Source of the DNA: Histomonas meleagridis 2922-C6/04-290x
Taxonomy: Eukaryota > Protista > Parabasalia
NCBI GenBank assembly: GCA_020184695.1
Contig: JAANOX010000087.1
Location: 248,001 to 312,000, forward strand
Direction: 5' to 3'
Length of the DNA: 64,000 bases
The notes under the pieces are model-generated. The model saw only the letters and a list, made by a program, of their open reading frames with translations. It had not been told where the DNA came from and searched no databases. This document shows, one piece after another, positions 49,543 to 60,850 of this stretch; position 1 is the stretch's first letter; each line of letters starts with the position of its first letter. The position numbers and the translations under genes are program-made.

Positions 49543-50454
49543 TCAAGCGAAGTAACCAGGAATTTGTTCCTTCGGAATCACTCTTTGTGAATCCGGCACT
49601 GCTTCGAAAACCTTAAACTCGCATTCCAAATTCTCGTTCACGTTCATAATCGACGCTTTGTTGCCCGATCGATACATATAATTTGGCGCCGACCAAACGG
49701 TAACAAGTTGTTTTCCGCCAAAATGCCACTGGTAACCTTCCATCGCGAGTTGGTGCGCTCGAGCAATCATCTTTAGGCCATTGTTGTGGCAAAATTCTTG
49801 TGTCGGTCTGATTCCAAATAAGTATCCGGCTCCACGTTGACTAGTTCCCCACCCTTGAATGTCATCGGGATCACTCCAACAAATGTCACAGATCGGTCCG
49901 CTGCTCGGAATTTCATTGCGTCGCTCGAAAAGTGCAACTTGATCCACTAATTTAACAGATGGACTGAGGCCACCATGAACACAATAAAGCTTGTTGTTGA
50001 TAAGCGCAGCCATTGGTAATAAGTCAAATACTTCATTGCAAAGTTTCCAAGGACCAGCATGACCAAAACGTAATACAATTTCTTCATAAAAACCATATAA
50101 GGTATTGACTTGACGACACTCATGGTTCCCTCGAAGCATATAAAAGCGGTTGGGATATTTTACCTTGTAAGCAAGAAGAAGTGCAAATGTTTCAATTGAA
50201 TAATATCCTCGATCAACATAATCACCAAGGAAAAGATATTTAGTATCTGGTGGATCACCACCTACTTCGAAAAGACGAAATACATCATAAAGTTGGCCAT
50301 GAACATCTCCACAAACAGTAATAGGCGCTGTTAAATTGAGTAAAGTTCCTTCTTGAAAAAGAACATCTTGTGCTATTCTGAATAAGCAGATAAGTTCTCT
50401 TTCCTCAAAAGGTTTATGAGCTTTAATTGATGAGATAAGTTTGTCCAAATCCAT
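49543..50454 (-). CDS. PP2A-family (PP4/PP6-like) Ser/Thr phosphatase catalytic subunit
   Basis: GDVHGQ, GDYVDRG, RGNHE, WSDPD, RAHQL and SAPNY. Confidence 0.95.
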   Translation of the reverse strand: MDLDKLISSIKAHKPFEERELICLFRIAQDVLFQEGTLLNLTAPITVCGDVHGQLYDVFRLFEVGGDPPDTKYLFLGDYVDRGYYSIETFALLLAYKVKYPNRFYMLRGNHECRQVNTLYGFYEEIVLRFGHAGPWKLCNEVFDLLPMAALINNKLYCVHGGLSPSVKLVDQVALFERRNEIPSSGPICDICWSDPDDIQGWGTSQRGAGYLFGIRPTQEFCHNNGLKMIARAHQLAMEGYQWHFGGKQLVTVWSAPNYMYRSGNKASIMNVNENLECEFKVFEAVPDSQRVIPKEQIPGYFA

Positions 50455-50556
50455 TTATAAAAATTGACAAACAAAGCTTGTCAAAACATGGTTAACGTCC
50501 TATTACTAACCGCCATATTCAAAATTGAGATCAATTTAATCGTAATTTTTTTTTTA

Positions 50557-53500
50557 ATGAATGATAAACAAGGAACAAATGCTCCAAATTCTCCTGAAAT
50601 AAAAACAAATGACCCCAAGTATCAAATTCTAATTAAACTAGAAAACATTATATTTAATTTAACAAAAGAAAATCTTGATTCATCTATTAAGCAAACAATG
50701 AAATTATTTGATTTAAATTATCCATACACATTTAACCTTATTATAAGTAATTTAATTTTTTATGCATTTTTTTCACAAAGTAATGTTAATGATTTATATT
50801 TAAATTATTTAGAATTAATTCAAACTCAAGAAGAAGAGCTAAATAAAAACAATTTAAAAGTCATTGAAGTTTTTATTAATTGTATAAATAAAATCCAATC
50901 ACATGAATCATATTATCTGATTGAAATAATGATAGAAAGAAATTTAATTGATTCAAATATTACGAAAAACATTAAATCAAAATATTTTGCACATTATAAA
51001 ACAAAAAAAGGAAATATTAAGAATACCTTTTTAAAGCATCATGAAGAACTATCTAAAAATGATTTTGAACTTCATAAGCAATTAATTAAAGAAGGACATA
51101 ATCCAAATAAACTTCCAAAATTAATTCGAAATGATGAAATAGAAAAACTTCAAGAAATATCATCACAAACAAATTTTACCTTTAATCAAACAATAGAACC
51201 ATCACTTTATGAAAGATGTGATTTTATAAATCAAAAAAATGTTACATTAATTGATTATGCAGCATTTTTTAGATCAGTTAAATGTTTTAAATATTTACTT
51301 ATGAATGGTGCAAAAGTAATAAATGCAGGTAATTATGCAGTTGCAGGTGGAAATATTGAAATTATTCATTTATGTGAACAAAATCATTCATCATTTAAAG
51401 GATCTCTTGTAACAGCAATTATGTTTCATCGAAATGATATTTTTCGTTATATTTATGAAAATAAATTAGAAGAAATCAAAAATTTACAAAGACTTGGAAA
51501 TAAATGTATAGCATATTATAATTATGAAATTCTTTCATTTTTAGAAGGAGAACATATGAAAATTAATTCACCAATTATATGTGAAGCAATAAGAATTGGT
51601 AATTTATATCTTGTTAAATATTTTCTTCAAAATAATCAAGTTCCAGATAATATTTTACTTAAATTGTTGGAATCCAAAAATATTGAACTCATTAAATATA
51701 TTCTTGAACAAGAAAATCCTCAAGTAAATTATATACATTTGTTTTATTTAAAATTTGTTTTTATTTATTGGTGTTTTCTAACAAATTTCGGAAATTACAT
51801 AAATTATTTAAAGAAGCAATTCTTTATGCAATCGAAAATTGTAACATGGAAATAATTGGGTTACTTCTCAAAAATAAAGGAATTAATATTAACGACAAAG
51901 ATATTTATTTGCTTTTATTAAAATTTATTTTAATAATTTGATATTTAAAAATAACATTTGGAAATTATTTAAATCATTTCAAACAATACTTATGGATTTA
52001 TCTTTGAAAGGTAAAACAGAAGTAGTTAAATTACTTCTTGAACAAGAAGGAATTGATATCAATGCTAAAGATATTTATTTGTTTTATTTAATATTTATTT
52101 TAATAATTTTGGATTTTTAAATAATATTTGGAAATGATTAAAAATATTTTATACAGCACTTATGTATGCATCTCAAAAAGGTCATACAGAAATAGTTAAA
52201 TTACTTCTTGAACAAGAAGGAATTGATATTAATGCTAAAGATAAAATTTATTTTAATAATATTATAATTCAAAATAATATTTGGAAATTATTTTGATTAC
52301 TTAGCACAGCACTTATGATTGCATCTCAAAAAGGTTATCCCAAAATATTTAAATTACTTCTTATAAAAGGAATTGATATTAACTCTACAAATGTATATTT
52401 CTTATATTTAATTTTTAATAAATAAATTTAATATTTGAAAATAATATTTGAAAATTATTCATATTTCAAACAGCATTTATTTTAGCATCAGCAAATGGAT
52501 ATTTAGATTTAGTCAATTTACTTCTTGAACAAAAAGGAATTGATATTAATGCTAAAGATTTTTATTTGTTTTATTCGGTGTTAATGTAAATGAATCAAAA
52601 TTTCAAAATAATGTTTGGAAATTATTTAAATTATTTGAAACAGCACTCATGCGTGCATCTGAATATGGTCACATAGATATAGTTAAACTACTTCTTAAAC
52701 AAAAAGGAATTGATAATGATATCAATGCTAAAGATATTTATTTGTTTTATTTAATATTTATTTTAATAATTTTATATTTCAAAATATTATTTGGGAAATA
52801 TTTAAATTATTTAAAACAGCACTTATGAAAGCATCTTCAAAAGGTCATACAGAAATAGTTAAATTACTTCTTGAACAAGAAGGAATTGATATTAATGCTA
52901 AAGATATTTATTTGTTTTATTTGATATCTATTTTAATAATTTTATATTTCAAAATAATATTTGGAAATTATTAAAATTATCTGAAACAGCACTTATGTAT
53001 GCATCTGAATATGGTCGTACAGAAATCGTTAAATTACTTCTTGAACAAGAAGGAATTGATATTAATGCTAAAGATAAAATTTATTTTAATAATTTAAAAT
53101 TTCAAAATAATATTTGGAAATTATTTAAATTATTTAGAACAGCACTTATGAAAGCATCTGAAAAAGGTAAAACAGAAATCGTTAAATTACTTCTTGAACA
53201 AGAAGGAATTGATATTAATGCTAAAGATATTTATTTATTTTATTTGATATTTATTTTAATAATTTTATATTTCAAAATAATATTTGGAAATTATTAAAAT
53301 TATCTGAAACAGCACTTATGTATGCATCTGAATATGGTCGTACAGAAATCGTTAAATTACTTCTTGAACAAGAAGGAATTGATATTAATGCTAAAGATAA
53401 AATTTATTTTAATAATTTAAAATTTCAAAATAATATTTGGAAATTATTTAAATTATTTAGAACAGCACTTATGAAAGCATCTGAAAAAGGTAAAACAGAA

Positions 53501-54887
53501 ATCGTTAAATTACTTCTTGAACAAGAAGGAATTGATATTAATGCTAAAGATATTTATTTATTTTATTTGATATTTATTTTAATAATTTTATGTTTCAAAA
53601 TAATATTTGGAAATTATTTAAATTATTTGAAACAGCGCTTATGTTGACATCTAAAAATGGTGAGATAGAAATTGTTAAATTACTTCTTGTACAAAAAGGA
53701 ATTGATATTAATGCTAAAAATATTTATTTGTTTTGTTTGATATCTATTTTAATAATTTTCTATTTCAAAATAGTATTTGGAAATTATTAAAATTATCTGA
53801 AACAGCACTTATGTATGCATCTTGGAATGATCATACAGAAATTGTTAAATTACTGCTTGAAGAAGAAGGAATTGATATTAATGCTAAAGATATTTATTTG
53901 TTTTGTTTAAAACTTATTTATATAATTTGATATTTCAAAATAGTATTTGGAAATTATCTAAAATATTTGAAACAACTCTTATGGTTGCCTCAAGAAGAGC
54001 TCATATAGAAATCGTTAAATTACTTCTTGAACAAGAAGGAATTGATATTAATGCTAAAAATATTTATTTGTTTTGTTTAGAATTTATTTTAATAATTTAA
54101 TATTTCAAAATAATATTTGGAAATTATTTAAATTATTTAAAACAGCACTTATGCGTGCATTTAAAAATGGTCACATAGATATAGTTAAATTACTTCTTGA
54201 ACAAGAAGGAATTGATATTAATGCTCAAGATATTTATTTGTTTTATTTAATAATTATTTTAATAATTTGATATTTCAAAATAATATTTGGAAATGATTAA
54301 AAATATTTTATACAGCACTTATGTATGCATCTGAATATGGTCGTACAGAAATAGTTAAATTACTTCTTGAACAAGAAGGAATTGATATTAATGCTGAAGA
54401 TATTTATTTGTTTTATTTAGAATTTATTTTAATAATTTAATATTTCAAAATAATATTTGGAAATTATTTAAATTATTTAAAACAGCACTTATTTTGGCAT
54501 CTTGGAGTGGTCGTACAGAAATCGTTAAATTACTTCTTGAACAAGAAGGAATTGATATAAATGCTAAAAATATTTATTTATTTTATTTAGAATTTATTTT
54601 AATAATTTAATATTTCAAAATAATATTTGGAAATTATTTAAATTATTTAAAACAGCACTTATTTTAGCATCTTGGAATGATCATACAGAAATAGTTAAAT
54701 TACTTCTTGAACAAGAAGGAATTGATATTAATGCTAAAGATACTGATTTGTTTTATTTAATAATTATTTTAATAATTTTATATTTCAAAATAATATTTGG
54801 AAATGATTAAAAATATTTTATACAGCACTTATGTATGCATCTGAATATGGTGGTACAGAAATCGTTAAACTCATTAAAAAAAAATAA
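50557..54887 (+). CDS. DUF3447-type ankyrin-repeat protein with about 19 repeats; each linker is split into single-codon segments by 17-nt spacers
   Basis: The N-terminal ORF plus 19 linkers (16 of about 80 nt, 3 of 63 nt) give one open frame to TAA 54885-54887 after removing 17-nt spacers. No stop codon occurs among the isolated codons. Confidence 0.85.
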
Positions 54888-54962
54888 TTGAATTTCCATA
54901 GTGTAACGGTCGCCATGAAAAATAAACGTCTTCCTAACTCTTGTGTTAAATTGAGAAATTGC

Positions 54963-56783
54963 TTTTCACTTTCAAATCATTAATTTGAGAAATTCTTTTT
55001 CACTTTCTAATCATTAATTTAAGTAATTCCTTTTCACTTTCAAATCATTAATTTAAGTAAATCCTTTTCACTTTCAAATCATTAATTTAAGTAATTCCTT
55101 TTCACTTTCAAATCATTAATTTAAGTAATTCCTTTTCACTTTCTAATCATTAATTTGAGTAATTCCTTTTCACTTTCAAATCATTAATTTAAGTAATTCC
55201 TTTTCACTTTCTAATCATTAATTTGAGTAATTCCTTTTTCCTTTCTAATCATTAATTTAAGTAAATCCTTTTCACTTTCTAATCATTAATTTGAGTAATT
55301 CCTTTTCACTTTCTAATCATTAATTTGAGTAATTCCTTTTCACTTTCTAATCATTAATTTAAGTAATTCCTTTTCACTTTCAAATCATTAATTTAAGTAA
55401 ATCCTTTTTCCTTTCTAATCATTAATTTAAGTAAATCCTTTTCACTTTCTAATCATTAATTTGAGTAATTCCTTTTCACTTTCTAATCATTAATTTGAGT
55501 AATTCCTTTTCACTTTCAAATCATTAATTTAAGTAATTCCTTTTCACTTTCAAATCATTAATTTAAGTAAATCCTTTTTCCTTTCTAATCATTAATTTAA
55601 GTAATTCCTTTTCACTTTCTAATCATTAATTTGAGTAATTCCTTTTTCCTTTCTAATCATTAATTTAAGTAAATCCTTTTCACTTTCTAATCATTAATTT
55701 GAGTAATTCCTTTTCACTTTCTAATCATTAATTTGAGTAATTCCTTTTCACTTTCAAATCATTAATTTAAGTAATTCCTTTTCACTTTCAAATCATTAAT
55801 TTAAGTAATTCCTTTTCACTTTCAAATCATTAATTTAAGTAATTCCTTTTCACTTTCTAATCATTAATTTAAGTAAATCCTTTTTCCTTTCTAATCATTA
55901 ATTTAAGTAAATCCTTTTCACTTTCTAATCATTAATTTGAGTAATTCCTTTTCACTTTCTAATCATTAATTTGAGTAATTCCTTTTCACTTTCAAATCAT
56001 TAATTTAAGTAATTCCTTTTCACTTTCAAATCATTAATTTGAGTAATTCCTTTTCACTTTCTAATCATTAATTTGAGTAATTCCTTTTCACTTTCAAATC
56101 ATTAATTTAAGTAATTCCTTTTCACTTTCAAATCATTAATTTAAGTAATTCCTTTTCACTTTCAAATCATTAATTTAAGTAAATCCTTTTCACTTTCAAA
56201 TCATTAATTTAAGTAATTCCTTTTCACTTTCAAATCATTAATTTAAGTAATTCCTTTTCACTTTCAAATCATTAATTTAAGTAATTCCTTTTCACTTTCA
56301 AATCATTAATTTGAGTAATTCCTTTTCACTTTCTAATCATTAATTTAAGTAATTCCTTTTCACTTTCAAATCATTAATTTAAGTAAATCCTTTTTCCTTT
56401 CTAATCATTAATTTAAGTAAATCCTTTTCACTTTCAAATCATTAATTTAAGTAATTCCTTTTCACTTTCAAATCATTAATTTAAGTAATTCCTTTTCACT
56501 TTCTAATCATTAATTTAAGTAAATCCTTTTTCCTTTCTAATCATTAATTTAAGTAATTCCTTTTCACTTTCAAATCATTAATTTAAGTAATTCCTTTTCA
56601 CTTTCTAATCATTAATTTAAGTAAATCCTTTTTACTTTCAAATCATTAATTTAAGTAATTCCTTTTCACTTTCAAATCATTAATTTAAGTAATTCCTTTT
56701 CACTTTCTAATCATTAATTTAAGTAAATCCTTTTTACTTTCAAATCATTAATTTAAGTAATTCCTTTTCACTTTCAAATCATT
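54963..56783. repeat. 34-bp tandem satellite, about 53 copies
   Basis: Unit TTTCACTTT(C/CT)AAATCATTAATTT(A/G)AGTAA(T/A)TCCT, with a few recurring variants. Confidence 0.95.
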
Positions 56784-56875
56784 ATTCGAACAAAACGAAT
56801 TCTCTCAAACTGTTCAATATTTTTCTCGACTTTCATTTACATAAAAAGTCGAAAATTCATTTCATCATAAACTTT

Positions 56876-59185
56876 TTACTGGTACTTAATTCCAATTTTT
56901 TCACATTCCTTTTGGAACGACAGAGGTGTAAATTCGTAACCTGTTCCAGAGTAAAACTTTGAAGAGAACTCGACCCACATCAAACGAATTGCGTGCAGCA
57001 AAGAAGAGAACGCTTCCATGCCGAGCAAGATGACAACGGAGAACACTGCCCACGCGGCGAATCCGAAGAAGAAAATAATTGGCGCGATTGGCATGTCCAT
57101 GTTTGCAGTCATGAGGAAGAGTTCATCGTACAGCACGTGCGCCAGCTGCGAGTGCGCCAACGAGAGCGCCCAAAGACGTAAGTACGAAGCCGTGTGACTC
57201 AATGCCGACAAAGTGAATTCGATTACGTCGATCAAATTGATGACGAAAGTTTCGACAATACCATTACCGACTCCGTGGACGCACATTTCGATTATTGGGG
57301 TCACGAACAACATAATTGGTATTGTCAACACGAACAATATCGCGATGACGTTTTGTACCGTTAGTTGCCCATCGTAAAGCTTTAGCTCGGTGCCTAAACT
57401 TGTCGGAGATAATAACATCGATATCAATACTTGTATCAAATTAACTCCGTCTTGTGGCTGCTTCTCTGCCGGCGTACACCACTTCTTTATGATGATACCA
57501 ACCATGTAACCGAAGAATGAGCCCAAATATACTAATTGCGGTAACCAATGAAGCCATAACTTTAGCCAGTCCTTTCGCTTGATTTGTTTGATGAGTTGTA
57601 GGATCATTCCAAACATCATTTGCGTTATACCTAACACAATAGAGATCTTCATCTTCATAGAGTTCAGAAACACTAATTCGTTGTCCTTAAATAACCAAAT
57701 AGGATCAACACCAAATGGATAAATGTCTTTTCCTTTTTGGTGCCATGTTTGTGTTGACGAATTAGTTTCATCTGGGACATAACGTGAACCAAAGAAGTCA
57801 ACTGGCAACCCAAAGAACTCATTATATAATAAGCCACAATACATTCCACAAATAGCCATAATAACGATGAAGTATCGGAACCCTAAAAGTTGTTCAAATA
57901 GTTCTTCGCCTGTTCCTTTCAACTTAGGATATAAATATATTAATGCAATCCCTGCTAACAAGAAAAATAATGAATGTCCAACATCGCCAAACATTATACC
58001 AAACAAAAATGGATACATACAATAAAATGCACCCCCATTAACTTCGTTATGCTCCGGATATCCATACGCATCGTTAAGTGTTTGGAATGGCTCAGTAAAT
58101 TTGTTGGTCTCGATCCACGTTGGCGGGGGCTCAGTAGTCTGTGATATCCGCACGTCAATCCTGATGGCGGAACCTGCTTCGTTCGTGGCCTCGTCCAAAA
58201 TGGGCTCCAGCATTGAGATCTTACGCTTTGGGACCCACCCATGATAGATCGCGCGATCTTCAATCGAGGTAAAGTCGGCGTAGTCTAAGTATGTATAGAT
58301 TAAACATTCTTGAGTGAAGAATAACTTCCAGAACCAGAACTTGCCTTGAAGTTCGGTGAGGAAGGATTTGTTATCGGAATATGATTGTCGTAAAACTTGA
58401 ACAGTGTCTTCCAATTGGTTCAATAATTCGCTTTCTTGATTCTCGATTCGACTTTCTTCAGTCGGAAAGATGAAAACTTCGGCGCCAAATGATGAGGCTA
58501 CTTTGGAGAGTTTGCTCTCGAGGATTTGGGATTGGAACCAGACAGTGAAGAAGCCGCGAGTACTGTCTTCTTCAGTAGATGTGGTCATTATAATATTGCC
58601 ACGGGAAATACGATACATGGTAATGAAAAGTTTGTTCATTTTGGTGGCATCTATGACTCCTGTGATACTATAGAGGAAGTTATTGCCAATAAGTTCCATC
58701 TCTACAACACTTGTTTGATCATTTGCAACTGATGCATCGAAATTATGTTCCTTAAGAAGAGGTCTGTAGAAACGAAGTGCATCACGAGTGACATTTAGGT
58801 GTTCATATTGGGCCTCAAGAAGTTGTGTATTTTGAATTCGATTTTGAAGTTGACGATGGGCATCTACAACTTCGATTAAAAGATCATGGTTTGAAACACG
58901 GTTTGATTGTTGAAGTTGTTCAAATTCAGTGATTGTTAATGGTGGTGATAATAGATCATATTGTTCAAGTTGAGATTGTATATATCGGAGACAACGATCA
59001 GCATCTTCGCATTGCATGAAATCATCTGTATAACGTTTATTTATGCCTTTCGAGTTCTCGTCAATTAAATGAATGATATTCCCTTTGGATAGCCGCTTAA
59101 TAGCAAAGTAAGCGCTCTCATGTGGAACAATCAATTCAACATACTCCATTTCTTCGGGAAAGAACACGGAAGATTCTTTCGTCAT
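56876..59185 (-). CDS. V-type H+-ATPase V0 subunit a
   Basis: FLFGIMFGDVGH, SHTASYLRLWALSLAHSQL and LHAIRLMWVEFSSKFY; ATG at 59185. Confidence 0.95.
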   Translation of the reverse strand: MTKESSVFFPEEMEYVELIVPHESAYFAIKRLSKGNIIHLIDENSKGINKRYTDDFMQCEDADRCLRYIQSQLEQYDLLSPPLTITEFEQLQQSNRVSNHDLLIEVVDAHRQLQNRIQNTQLLEAQYEHLNVTRDALRFYRPLLKEHNFDASVANDQTSVVEMELIGNNFLYSITGVIDATKMNKLFITMYRISRGNIIMTTSTEEDSTRGFFTVWFQSQILESKLSKVASSFGAEVFIFPTEESRIENQESELLNQLEDTVQVLRQSYSDNKSFLTELQGKFWFWKLFFTQECLIYTYLDYADFTSIEDRAIYHGWVPKRKISMLEPILDEATNEAGSAIRIDVRISQTTEPPPTWIETNKFTEPFQTLNDAYGYPEHNEVNGGAFYCMYPFLFGIMFGDVGHSLFFLLAGIALIYLYPKLKGTGEELFEQLLGFRYFIVIMAICGMYCGLLYNEFFGLPVDFFGSRYVPDETNSSTQTWHQKGKDIYPFGVDPIWLFKDNELVFLNSMKMKISIVLGITQMMFGMILQLIKQIKRKDWLKLWLHWLPQLVYLGSFFGYMVGIIIKKWCTPAEKQPQDGVNLIQVLISMLLSPTSLGTELKLYDGQLTVQNVIAILFVLTIPIMLFVTPIIEMCVHGVGNGIVETFVINLIDVIEFTLSALSHTASYLRLWALSLAHSQLAHVLYDELFLMTANMDMPIAPIIFFFGFAAWAVFSVVILLGMEAFSSLLHAIRLMWVEFSSKFYSGTGYEFTPLSFQKECEKIGIKYQ

Positions 59186-59360
59186 TTTTGTTGAAATTAG
59201 CACTTTTACATTTCACATATTAACCGAAAAAGCCGTTGTAAATTTGACTTTTTGTCGTTTTTGGGGCCGTTTATTTGTGTTGTTATTTTTTTTTAATTGA
59301 TGAAATAAAATATTTTATTAAACGAAAGATTTTTATTAACAAAAAAATAAATATTTCAAA

Positions 59361-60497
59361 CTAACAATAAACAGTTCCGTCATCTAAGGTTATTATACAT
59401 TGATATTTACCAAATTCATCAATTCTGTAATAAAATTTCACATATTCTTTTAAATCAAATTCATCATTTGATTCTTTTTCATTTATTTTTGATTTTAATT
59501 TTTTAATTCTTTGCTTTAAGTTTTCTATTTCCTTATTTTCATTAAAATCATTTTGAGATTCTTCTTTATTTTCATTTTGAAGACGAATTCGTTCAAATTC
59601 TTTACGTCTTTGTTTGTTAAGTTTGTTAATTCTTGTTTTAATTTGTGTAAATTTTTCATTAAAATTATTTTCGAATTTTTCCATCATTTCATCAAATTCT
59701 TTTTGAAGTTCAAACTCGATATTTTGTGAATCTATAATTAAGTTTTGTGATTTTTTAGATATTTGTGTTGAAATTTTTTCTAATTCATTAATTCTTTTTT
59801 CGATTTTTTTCTTTCGGTTATTGTACTCTTCAAAAAGTGAATTTTTGCGGTTTTTCAGAATTTTATTGAATTCTTTTGATTGAATTTTCATGTTGTCTTT
59901 TGCATTTTGATGAGTTTGTTTTAGATTTTCGATCATGGGAGAGATATTATTGATTTCATTTATTAGATTTGTATATGTTTCATAATCTGATTGTATTATA
60001 TTGGAACGAGTTAATAACCCTGAAAAAATGGATTCAATGTTTTTAAAAGATTCATTAAACCTATTGTCAAACGACTTAAAACTTTCCTGTAATGGTTGGA
60101 TCATGCTTTGAATTTGATAAGGATAATCATTGTCAAGTATCTTTGAAATACTTTTAAGTTTTTGATCAAGATTAGTATGTTTGTTTTGCATTTGTGTTAC
60201 CTCAGAACTCAAAAAAGAAATGGAAGAAGCAATTTTATTGGAATTCATTGACGAAAATTGCATTGATTGAACATATGATTTTATTTTTCTTTCAATAGCA
60301 TCCAAACGAAACATTAATGATTCACATCTTTTTATTGTTGATGGTGAATTTTGATAAGTCGAATTTAATGGTATTTCTTGAATAATGTTAAAATTTGGAG
60401 ATGATGTCACTCCTTTTCGATGTCCACTTGTTTGTGGCTTTGGGTATATAATTCGAGGGGATTTATTTAAAATTAATTGTGGATATTGATGATTCAT
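59361..60497 (-). CDS. Coiled-coil hypothetical protein
   Basis: Intact 378-aa ORF, heptad-rich. Confidence 0.7.
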   Translation of the reverse strand: MNHQYPQLILNKSPRIIYPKPQTSGHRKGVTSSPNFNIIQEIPLNSTYQNSPSTIKRCESLMFRLDAIERKIKSYVQSMQFSSMNSNKIASSISFLSSEVTQMQNKHTNLDQKLKSISKILDNDYPYQIQSMIQPLQESFKSFDNRFNESFKNIESIFSGLLTRSNIIQSDYETYTNLINEINNISPMIENLKQTHQNAKDNMKIQSKEFNKILKNRKNSLFEEYNNRKKKIEKRINELEKISTQISKKSQNLIIDSQNIEFELQKEFDEMMEKFENNFNEKFTQIKTRINKLNKQRRKEFERIRLQNENKEESQNDFNENKEIENLKQRIKKLKSKINEKESNDEFDLKEYVKFYYRIDEFGKYQCIITLDDGTVYC

Positions 60498-60571
60498 ATG
60501 ATTTTTAATAATACGTTATTTCATAAAAAAGAAAAATGTCAAATAATTTTGAATTTAAATAAAAATGACAT

Positions 60572-60850
60572 ATGGAAGACCAGCTCCTTGAAGGTATTCG
60601 TTCACTTGAAAGACAAGCATTTGTGAACTATGTAAGCGTTACAGATAAAAACGGATATTCTATTGCAGCAAGTGGTGACGCAAATAAAATGACTGCTGCA
60701 TATCTTAGAGAAGTTCAAAATTGTATCGAAGAAATCTTTCCAGATGCAACAAGCATTAAGACTGTTATAGAAGGAAATACAAAGTCTGTTGTTATTGGAG
60801 AGCAAAGCGGTTTTCTGGTTGGAGTTCAAGTGACTAAAGATCTGTTTTAA
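60572..60850 (+). CDS. Roadblock/LAMTOR5-like small protein
   Basis: 92 aa; VSVTDKNGYSIAASG resembles LAMTOR5 (VLCTDSQGL..G) in size and pattern. Confidence 0.5.
   Translation: MEDQLLEGIRSLERQAFVNYVSVTDKNGYSIAASGDANKMTAAYLREVQNCIEEIFPDATSIKTVIEGNTKSVVIGEQSGFLVGVQVTKDLF

Noticed and set aside
51938-54270. Short ORFs (60-109 aa) such as 52995..53297 and 53733..53930 as separate genes
   Set aside because: They are read-through of spacers from single ankyrin units. Their I/F/Y/L/N-rich tails are translated spacer, and all units join into one frame.
2150-54830. Ordinary spliceosomal introns, or one 68-nt intron per repeat, as the explanation for the linkers
   Set aside because: There are no consistent GT..AG ends or ACTAAC branch motif. 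A single excision cannot retain the conserved Gly codon in mid-linker or fit both 80- and 63-nt linkers with D-x-x-G-x-T.
54963-56783. CRISPR-like array
   Set aside because: Head-to-tail 34-bp units with no unique spacers, no cas genes, and a eukaryotic context.
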